This document shows positions 14,657 through 21,681 of a stretch of 25,891 bases of DNA, piece by piece. The number at the start of each line of letters is the position of its first letter. Positions within the stretch are counted from its first letter, which is position 1. The notes beneath the pieces were generated by a model that worked only from the letters and a program-made list of their open reading frames with translations, made no database searches and was not told the DNA's origin. The stretch is taken from positions 1 through 25,891 of the forward strand of contig CAYTYZ010000015.1 in assembly GCA_964442385.1 (NCBI GenBank), written 5' to 3'. This DNA comes from an uncultured Gammaproteobacteria bacterium. Lineage in GTDB: Bacteria; Patescibacteriota; Microgenomatia; UBA12405. The position numbers and the translations under genes are program-made.

Positions 14657-16172
14657 CTCTGTACTGCAAAGCCTCGGCCACATGAACCGATAGGATAGCC
14701 TCAGATTTGGCCAAATCAGCTATAGTTCTGGCTACTTTAATCAGCCGAAAATAAGTCCTGGCCGACAGCCCATATTTTACTACCGCTTGTTGCAGAATTA
14801 GACTTGCTTCTTTGTCTATTGGGCAATATTTTTTAATATCCTTGTTACGCATATCGGAATTTGAGTTTAACTTGGTGCCTTCAAACCTTTTGGTTTGCAC
14901 CGCTCTGGCCTCTTTTACTCTCTGTCGTACACTTTGACTACTTTCTCCAGAGCCTGCTGTGTCACTTTGCATTAGTCTTTTTACATCCACTGCTGGAACT
15001 TGCAAGTGCAGATCAATTCTGTCCAGAATTGGCCCTGAAAGTTTTTTTTGGTATTTAGATATTTGCAGTGGGGAACAGCGGCATTCACGAGTTGGATCAC
15101 CTAAATAACCACACGGGCAAGGATTGGCCGCTGCTACCATCATAAACTGGGCTGGATACTGGACATGGCCATTGGCTCGCGAAATCGAAACATAGCCATC
15201 TTCCATAGGCTGGCGCAGAGCTTCCAGGCAAGACCGGGATAATTCTGGCATTTCATCAATAAATAAGACTCCACGGTGGGCCAGCGACACCTCTCCAGGT
15301 TTGAGCATGGATCCGCCCCCAATTAATCCCACCTGGGAAGTGGTATGGTGGGGAGCCCTAAAAGGGCGAATGCGAACCAGGGAGGCGCCTGGTGGAATAT
15401 TTCCAGTAATTGAAAATATTTTGGTAACTTCCAAAGACTCTTTCTCCGTAAGTTCTGGTAGAATTCCAGGCAAGCAACGAGACAACAAAGTTTTACCAGA
15501 TCCAGGTGGGCCCATCATTAATAGATTATGTCCCCCTGCAGCAGCAATTTCCAAAGCCCGCTTGGCGTGTTCTTGCCCCATCACTTCGGCCATGTCAAAT
15601 TCCGGTTGTTGTTCTGCAAGTAAATCTTCTGTATCAATATTTCTTAACGGTTCGATAATTTTTTCGCCATTCAAGTGGCGGACCAGCCCACGCAGATTAT
15701 CCACTGGAAATACTTTTATTCCTTCAATCACGCTAGCTTCATTAGCTGACATTCTGGGTACATATATTTCCTCAATACCTTGTTCCTTGGCATATAGAGC
15801 TAGCAAAAACACACCTTTGACATGACGCAGTGTTCCTTCAAGTGATAACTCACCTGAAAACAAAGCTTTGTTTTTTGGTAGCAGACAAATACCCATTGCA
15901 TGCAAAAGGCCTATTGCGATGGGCAAATCAAAATAAGCGCCATCCTTGTCTAGATCAGCCGGAGCCAGATTTACCGTCAGCTTTTGATTGGGAAAGTCAA
16001 TATCGCTATTTAAAATGGCAGTCTTAATTCTTTCTTTGGCCTCTTCGCCAGACTTGCTACTCATCCCTACAATAGAAAAACCCGGAAATCCTTTCTCAGC
16101 TAAATTTACCTCCACTTCCACCTCTTGTCCTTTTAGACCTACATAGGCAACAGTGTGTACCTTTGCTAACAT
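14640..16172 (-). CDS. comM: Mg-chelatase-like AAA+ ATPase YifB/ComM (competence-related)
   Basis: N-terminal Lon-like/ChlI domain (MLAKVHTVAYVGLKGQEVEVEVNLAEKGFPGFSIVG...), Walker A LLMMGPPGSGKT, Walker B VLFIDEMPE, and the C-terminal Mg-chelatase subunit ChlI-like domain. 510 aa is typical. Confidence 0.9.
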   Translation of the reverse strand: MLAKVHTVAYVGLKGQEVEVEVNLAEKGFPGFSIVGMSSKSGEEAKERIKTAILNSDIDFPNQKLTVNLAPADLDKDGAYFDLPIAIGLLHAMGICLLPKNKALFSGELSLEGTLRHVKGVFLLALYAKEQGIEEIYVPRMSANEASVIEGIKVFPVDNLRGLVRHLNGEKIIEPLRNIDTEDLLAEQQPEFDMAEVMGQEHAKRALEIAAAGGHNLLMMGPPGSGKTLLSRCLPGILPELTEKESLEVTKIFSITGNIPPGASLVRIRPFRAPHHTTSQVGLIGGGSMLKPGEVSLAHRGVLFIDEMPELSRSCLEALRQPMEDGYVSISRANGHVQYPAQFMMVAAANPCPCGYLGDPTRECRCSPLQISKYQKKLSGPILDRIDLHLQVPAVDVKRLMQSDTAGSGESSQSVRQRVKEARAVQTKRFEGTKLNSNSDMRNKDIKKYCPIDKEASLILQQAVVKYGLSARTYFRLIKVARTIADLAKSEAILSVHVAEALQYRVRSEP

Positions 16173-16222
16173 CTACATTTGAATATACATTTTTTGATAA
16201 AAAAATACTATAATCGCTTACT

Positions 16223-16480
16223 GTGGAACAAGACATATATTTTAGAGTTCACTTTTTAGTCGTGCCCAAGGATTTAACTGAAATTATTGGAGACAGTGTA
16301 CATGGAAATTATTTTAATGCTAGATTAAAAGCACTTCCAGAAATTGGTGATGAATTGTGTTTGAATAAAACTGTATATAAAGTGGTCGGTACTTTCATGG
16401 GAGAAATTGTAAAAAAAGAAGGTATGGCATATCCAGATCTACAAGATGTAAAAATCAGAGTGCTTAAAAAATGCGAATAA
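16223..16480 (+). CDS. hypothetical protein (85 aa), GTG start
   Basis: Track ORF starting with GTG and no SD. A tataat lies 30 nt upstream. The coding status is uncertain. Confidence 0.3.
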   Translation: MEQDIYFRVHFLVVPKDLTEIIGDSVHGNYFNARLKALPEIGDELCLNKTVYKVVGTFMGEIVKKEGMAYPDLQDVKIRVLKKCE

Positions 16481-16506
16481 AACCCAAAAGTATAGTAAAC
16501 TAGGCT

Positions 16507-16806
16507 ATGGACCAGGTAGAGAAAATTTATTATGTAGAACCCGTACCACCAGAAATTCATCTTTTTTGGCGCCAAAGAGTTAGACGTAATTTTAAAAGAG
16601 TAAACATATATTCTGGAAATGGAGCCGATTTAAAACCTGACAATAATGTTCGTATTTTAGATAAAACATATCGTATATATGATGAAATTAGTAGTTTTGG
16701 ATTTAATGATATCCCATATCCAGTTTCAGCCGAAACAGTTATAACATTCACTGAATTGATTGGGAAAAGAGTGTTGCTAATAGTCAACCACAATACAAAA
16801 TTATAA
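16507..16806 (+). CDS. hypothetical protein (99 aa), translationally coupled to uvrB
   Basis: ATG start. The stop is at 16804-16806 and the uvrB ATG at 16808. No family recognised. Confidence 0.45.
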   Translation: MDQVEKIYYVEPVPPEIHLFWRQRVRRNFKRVNIYSGNGADLKPDNNVRILDKTYRIYDEISSFGFNDIPYPVSAETVITFTELIGKRVLLIVNHNTKL

Positions 16807-16807
16807 T

Positions 16808-18808
16808 ATGTTTAAATTAGTATCCGATAATCAACCAACTGGCGACCAACCACAAGCCATAGAAAAACTGGTGGCAAATCTAAACAGTGGTGTACCCAAA
16901 CAAACGCTTTTAGGTGTTACCGGCTCTGGCAAGACTTTCACAATTGCCAATGTTATTGAAAAAACTCAACTTCCTACATTAATTATCTCTCACAATAAAA
17001 CCCTGGCAGGTCAACTATATCAGGAGTTTAAAGAGCTATTTCCCGATAGTAAAGTCAGCTATTTTGTCAGCTACTACGATTATTATCAGCCAGAGGCTTA
17101 TGTGCCCAGTACTGATACTTATATTGCTAAAGAAGTGGATATCAATGACCTGCTGGATAAACTTAGACTAGAAACCACCTCCAATCTGTTTTCTGGCAAC
17201 GACAATATTGTAGTAGCTTCGGTTTCTTGTATCTATAATATTGGAGACCCAAGGGAATTTTCGGGCAAAACCTTGTTCTTAAAAGTAGGCCAGGCCACCA
17301 CTAGACGTCAGTTATTTGAATCTCTCGTATCGCTTTTTTACACTAGAAATGAGCTAGAATTTAAACGTGGTACTTTCCGGGTTAGGGGAGAGGTAGTTGA
17401 AGTTTGGACTGCTTATGCCGATTGGATTATCGAACTAACGACAAGTGACGACAGACTAACAGCCATTTCCATGCGCCATCCTTTTAACGGAACCGAACTT
17501 ACAGTTGCTGATTTTACCTTGTTTCCCGCTAAACAGTACGTGGGTGGTAGTACTGATCCTGTCATAATTGATAGAATTAAAAAAGACTGCGAAATACAAG
17601 TTGAAAAATTAAAGTCTTTGGGCAAGGCTTTAGAAGCCTATCGACTAAAACAACGGGTCGAATATGACCTGGAAATGCTTGCAGAAATTGGCTATATCAA
17701 TGGCATAGAAAACTATTCTATATATTTTGAACAAAGCCGGCAATCAGGCGATCCACCTTTTACTTTAATCGACTATTTTAAATATATTTGGGGTGACAAC
17801 TTTTTAACGGTTATTGATGAATCACATGTTACCTTACCTCAAATTAGGGGAATGTTTAATGGTGACTTGGCCCGTAAAACTAATCTGGTTGATTTTGGTT
17901 TCAGGCTTCCTAGCGCCTTGGACAATCGCCCACTACGTTACAACGAGTTTTACGAGAAAATTCCCAAGACTATTTATGTTTCAGCTACTCCAGCTCCATA
18001 TGAGTTGGAACAGTCCAACGGGCAGATTGTAGAGCAAATTATTCGCCCAACAGGCCTTGTGGACCCGCCTATAACCATTCGTCCTGCCAAAAACCAAATC
18101 AAACAAGTAATTGAGGAAGTTTTAACTAGGGCTACAAAAAAAGAACGTTCTCTAATCATAACTATAACCAAGCGCATGGCCGAGGATATTACCACTCATC
18201 TTTCAGACCCCAAAAATACCAATGGCCAAACTATAAAAGTGGCCTATCTTCACTCGGATATTGACACTCTGGAACGAACTGAAATATTAGATAAACTGCG
18301 CAAAGGCGAATTTGACGTTTTAGTGGGTATAAATTTACTGCGAGAGGGGATTGATCTACCCGAAGTTACTCTTGTGGCCATTCTTGACGCAGGCAATCAA
18401 GGGTTTCTGCGCAGTAAACAGGCACTTATCCAAATTATGGGTAGAGCTGCTAGAAATGTAAACGGTGAGGTAATTTTGTATACGGATAACCTTTCTGATG
18501 CTATTTTAGGAGCCAGGGAAGAAGTCCTTCGTCGCCGAGAAATCCAACTTAAATACAACAAAAAACATGGTATTACACCCCAAACTATCAAGAGAGCCTT
18601 TAGAACTAGGATAATCGAAAGACCGGCTGATCCCAAAGATATGGCTCGTAAAACTCAGCTATCAATCGACCCAAGTCAACTTACTCCTGCTGACTTAAAG
18701 AAATACATCAAAGATCAGCGCCGTAGAATGCGCGAGCTGGCTCTGGAAATGAAATTTGAAGAAGCCATCGCCCTGCGCGACGAAATCCGCAAGCTGGAAA
18801 ATAACTAA
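16808..18808 (+). CDS. uvrB: excinuclease ABC subunit B
   Basis: 666 aa. N-terminal F.L.S...P.GDQPQAI..L, Walker A GVTGSGKT, helicase motifs, beta-hairpin region, and a C-terminal UVR motif (EEAIALRDEIRKLE). Confidence 0.95.
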   Translation: MFKLVSDNQPTGDQPQAIEKLVANLNSGVPKQTLLGVTGSGKTFTIANVIEKTQLPTLIISHNKTLAGQLYQEFKELFPDSKVSYFVSYYDYYQPEAYVPSTDTYIAKEVDINDLLDKLRLETTSNLFSGNDNIVVASVSCIYNIGDPREFSGKTLFLKVGQATTRRQLFESLVSLFYTRNELEFKRGTFRVRGEVVEVWTAYADWIIELTTSDDRLTAISMRHPFNGTELTVADFTLFPAKQYVGGSTDPVIIDRIKKDCEIQVEKLKSLGKALEAYRLKQRVEYDLEMLAEIGYINGIENYSIYFEQSRQSGDPPFTLIDYFKYIWGDNFLTVIDESHVTLPQIRGMFNGDLARKTNLVDFGFRLPSALDNRPLRYNEFYEKIPKTIYVSATPAPYELEQSNGQIVEQIIRPTGLVDPPITIRPAKNQIKQVIEEVLTRATKKERSLIITITKRMAEDITTHLSDPKNTNGQTIKVAYLHSDIDTLERTEILDKLRKGEFDVLVGINLLREGIDLPEVTLVAILDAGNQGFLRSKQALIQIMGRAARNVNGEVILYTDNLSDAILGAREEVLRRREIQLKYNKKHGITPQTIKRAFRTRIIERPADPKDMARKTQLSIDPSQLTPADLKKYIKDQRRRMRELALEMKFEEAIALRDEIRKLENN

Positions 18809-18816
18809 AAAAAGTG

Positions 18817-18846
18817 CCTGGGTGCCCGTAAGCGGGTCCACCCAGG
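18817..18846 (-). terminator. hairpin cctgggtg-cccg-taag-cggg-tc-cacccagg, with a T-run on the minus strand (terminator of gene 18857-19345; possibly bidirectional for uvrB)
   Basis: Nested inverted repeats read from the sequence. On the minus strand the hairpin is followed by ttttttt (the complement of aaaaaaa at 18806-18812). Confidence 0.6.
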
Positions 18847-18856
18847 GATAGCTAAA

Positions 18857-19345
18857 CTAAAGCGAGAAAATATACGTGACAAACGGGAGAGCAATTATTG
18901 TAATGAAGCAAAATTTCTCTAAGCTTTTTTCAAATACATCCACAAAAAAGAATCCTAAGTATCCAAATATTATGATAATGACCAACACAATCACCAATAT
19001 TCCTTGAATAGATTGAGCAAGTTCCTTGAAAACTGGATAGCTAGGATTGGTAATCAAAAAGTAAGCAAGTCCAAATAATATCAAGGAGGTCAATAGAACA
19101 AAGCCCTCCTTTTTGTCATAAAGCAACACCTTCATGATGTTGAACACGACAGGAATCAAGAAAAACAGGCTAACCACAAACCAGTTTTCACCGGACTTGG
19201 TAACTAGCCAGGCGATCAGTGACAATTCCATAGCCACCAGCAGACGTCCGCCCCACTTTTCTTGAAAAAGCGGGATCCAGGTAGAGGGAATGATTGCCAA
19301 ACCCACCAAGAAGGCCAGAAACCGCAAAACGGTTGGATTGTCCAC
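18857..19345 (-). CDS. hypothetical membrane protein (162 aa, ~5 TM), GTG start
   Basis: Hydrophobic throughout. GTG start with an upstream aaggagaaaataac. Confidence 0.5.
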   Translation of the reverse strand: MDNPTVLRFLAFLVGLAIIPSTWIPLFQEKWGGRLLVAMELSLIAWLVTKSGENWFVVSLFFLIPVVFNIMKVLLYDKKEGFVLLTSLILFGLAYFLITNPSYPVFKELAQSIQGILVIVLVIIIIFGYLGFFFVDVFEKSLEKFCFITIIALPFVTYIFSL

Positions 19346-19441
19346 GTTATTTTCTCCTTTTAAGGTGCTATTTTAACCACATGAATTGGGTTAATAACTA
19401 ATAGTAACATATACTATAAGATATTTCAATAATAATCTCTT

Positions 19442-20296
19442 ATGGTATCTTTAGTTATGAACGTTTTTAGAGAACTAGGACATAAATTAGGGCGTACATC
19501 GACACCAGCCGTAAATTTTGGTGAAATAGGCAGGTGGCTTGCACAAGGAGATAGCCCACCAGTTACTGTTATTTTGCCTATAGAAAAAGAAAGGGAAACA
19601 TTTGCACAATTAGGCGAGGCACTGGGAAAAACCAGACCAGAAGACCTAGCCGTATATAATTCCTACCTTGCGGTTTTAGATGAATATCAATGGCCAGCAA
19701 AAGTACATTCGATTCCATATGAAGAGTTAAAAGGCGATTTTTATTTAGCTAAAAGAGAAGACGGAAGCCTAAAGATTGATGTCAATACTGGTTGGAAATG
19801 CCATTTAGATGTTTCTCCAGAAAATTGTGTGGCTGTTTCAAACTGGTTACTAGCCAATGGTTATATTCACAAGTTTTTATCCGGTGGAGAGCCAGAAGAT
19901 GGTAAAGTTTTTACCGTATATTTAGGTTCAAACGCCAGTGCCAAAGTGGCTATTAAAGACATAAGCGATAATATTACGTTTTTATTATCTGAAAACAGAA
20001 AGGTGGCCGCGGCTAAAACTAGTCAGCCTTCTGGTGAAATTCGGCTGGCTCCAAAGATTTACGGTCGATTTCGCAGCAATAATTTGGTGAAATATCATGC
20101 TTATGGTAGTGATGGGGTAGTTTATCTAGAACAAGACAGCTATCTTTCTAATGCTAGAACTACTAAGGACTCACAAGGTAATATGGCACTTGCAGAGCAA
20201 AGAACCAAGGCAGCAAATAAAGCAAAGATGGAATTACTAAAAGATTATGGCGACTATTACGGAGGCGATATACGCGAATATACAGGTAAAAGCTAA
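19442..20296 (+). CDS. hypothetical protein (284 aa)
   Basis: Track ORF (alternative Met at 19457). Non-repetitive, soluble-looking sequence with a Gly/Tyr/Asp-rich C-terminus (YGDYYGGDIREY). No family recognised. Confidence 0.5.
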   Translation: MVSLVMNVFRELGHKLGRTSTPAVNFGEIGRWLAQGDSPPVTVILPIEKERETFAQLGEALGKTRPEDLAVYNSYLAVLDEYQWPAKVHSIPYEELKGDFYLAKREDGSLKIDVNTGWKCHLDVSPENCVAVSNWLLANGYIHKFLSGGEPEDGKVFTVYLGSNASAKVAIKDISDNITFLLSENRKVAAAKTSQPSGEIRLAPKIYGRFRSNNLVKYHAYGSDGVVYLEQDSYLSNARTTKDSQGNMALAEQRTKAANKAKMELLKDYGDYYGGDIREYTGKS

Positions 20297-20553
20297 CTAT
20301 TTTGTATACCTGCTACTACAGCCGCTTCAAAATCATTTTTAAATTCAGATAGCCGATTCTGTTCAGCCAAGATCATTAACTCTCTGTCACAGTCTACAAC
20401 ATGCATAGCTCTGGCTCTGGGTAGAATGTTTTCCCTGCCTCGAAAGTCCATGGCCAGTCCAATTCCCAAATCACGGAGCGTGGTACTAGACTAGTCACCT
20501 GTTTTAGCTCTTAAATCTTTAATTATTTGTTTGCGATCAACTCGTCTTATCAT
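20297..20553 (-). pseudogene. degenerate XRE-like HTH reading frame interrupted by an in-frame TAG
   Basis: Minus-strand translation from ATG 20553: MIRRVDRKQIIKDLRAKTGD*SSTTLRDLGIGLAMDFRGRENILPRARAMHVVDCDRELMILAEQNRLSEFKNDFEAAVVAGIQNS*. It resembles L+.LR...G.SQ..LA..LG.S of XRE-family HTHs. The TAG sits where CAG (Gln) is expected. Other genes here end in TAG, so it reads as a stop. Confidence 0.25.
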
Positions 20554-20571
20554 AAGTTATTATACATTAAA

Positions 20572-21018
20572 TTAAACTAAGTCTTTTTGCTGTTCCATTG
20601 CTTTAAAAAAAGACCATCTGGCCATACCTTTTCTGGACGGTAGGCCATTTACCACCGCTTCTCCAATCAAATTTGCTTCATATTCCCAGGGCAGAAATAT
20701 GTATCTACTGTCTCGCCTGCTTAAGACAACTGCCAACTCTAGCCAGTTATCTGAGTCATCTGAATCTGCTTCAAACTTTCCATTGGCATGCTGCCAATAA
20801 TGTGTAGTTTCGTGTCCAACCAAAAAAGCATAAGCCACCTCAAGGGATATTCCTACCAACCTAGCTTCGTCAATAATATTTATCGGATCCAATTCAATCT
20901 GGCAAGGTTCGAAACAGCATCGTGCCACAAAAGAAGGGTGATAATCATAGCCGGCTACATAATGATTTAAAACAATTCTTGGTACCGGTAAATCCGATGC
21001 CAAAAAATCTAAAGCCAT
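20572..21018 (-). CDS. small HExxH metallopeptidase-like protein (HETTHYWQH; HExxHxxxH), paralog 1
   Basis: 148 aa. The HETTHYWQH motif fits the M78/ImmA-IrrE-type HExxHxxxH signature. A conserved downstream FLPWEYEAN block provides a candidate third ligand Glu. Clearly paralogous to 21070-21558. Confidence 0.55.
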   Translation of the reverse strand: MALDFLASDLPVPRIVLNHYVAGYDYHPSFVARCCFEPCQIELDPINIIDEARLVGISLEVAYAFLVGHETTHYWQHANGKFEADSDDSDNWLELAVVLSRRDSRYIFLPWEYEANLIGEAVVNGLPSRKGMARWSFFKAMEQQKDLV

Positions 21019-21069
21019 TTGGGAATATCTTCTTAATGGTTCTCTGGGAACTGAAGAAAATAACTCATT

Positions 21070-21558
21070 CTAGCCATATATATATTTAAACCGAAGTGTA
21101 GGCTTATTTTTTCTTAATCTGATCTCATTTACCACCTCCACAGCCACAACATTAGCTTCAAATTCCCATGGAAGCAAAAAATATTTCTTTTTATTCTTTA
21201 GGTCTCTTATCGCGATTCTTGCCCATCTAAAACCCACTCCATTTATTTTCGGCAACTTACCCCATTTATCCTGAACATAGTGAGCTGTTTCATGCGCAAC
21301 AGCCACAGCATTTTTTTCTTCAAGTGTAAAGTCCAATCCTTTGTCTTGGACAAGAAATGTATCATATAAAATATTAAATGGACATAACACGATACGATTG
21401 GAACCAGGCTTATAATATCCAAATTTTTTTATACCTACAAAATCAAAACCTATACTGGGAACAGGAACATCACGTGCACCCATGTAATCTATAGTCATCT
21501 TTGCAAATTCTTCAAGTTGGTTTATTGGCAAGATACCAAACTTTTCTAATATTGACAT
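21070..21558 (-). CDS. small HExxH metallopeptidase-like protein (HETAHYVQD), paralog 2
   Basis: 162 aa. Shares PVP.I, [AG]HET.HY.Q and [YF][IF][FL]LPWE[YF]EAN[LV][IV]..E.VVN blocks with the downstream paralog. Family assignment beyond the HExxH zincin fold is uncertain. Confidence 0.55.
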   Translation of the reverse strand: MSILEKFGILPINQLEEFAKMTIDYMGARDVPVPSIGFDFVGIKKFGYYKPGSNRIVLCPFNILYDTFLVQDKGLDFTLEEKNAVAVAHETAHYVQDKWGKLPKINGVGFRWARIAIRDLKNKKKYFLLPWEFEANVVAVEVVNEIRLRKNKPTLRFKYIYG

Positions 21559-21616
21559 ACAATAATATTATAACAGTTTACATTCAACACTGAATTTAAA
21601 CCCAAACAAAAACCGA

Positions 21617-21674
21617 ATTGTATACAATACTAGAAATATGCCTACTGGAAAAAAAGTTAAAAAAATTGTACAAT
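21617..21674. promoter_or_regulatory. two perfect palindromes, ATTGTATACAAT (21617-21628) and ATTGTACAAT (21665-21674), in the divergent region upstream of uvrA
   Basis: Both are exact reverse-complement palindromes read from the sequence. The second ends 7 nt before the uvrA ATG and contains a TACAAT -10-like hexamer, which could give a leaderless or short-leader transcript. Confidence 0.4.
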
Positions 21675-21681
21675 AAATCCC

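Noticed and set aside
16187-16210. TTGATA...TATAAT upstream of ORF 16223 as a canonical promoter.
   Set aside because: The spacer is only 9 nt, so only the -10-like TATAAT is credible. It is noted in the evidence for the low-confidence ORF rather than called as a promoter.
20297-20553. Possibility that the internal TAG reflects stop-codon reassignment rather than a pseudogene.
   Set aside because: Several well-supported genes in the window (e.g. 44-355 and the flotillin gene) terminate with TAG at the expected ends, and TGA and TAA are also used as stops. The standard code is the parsimonious reading.
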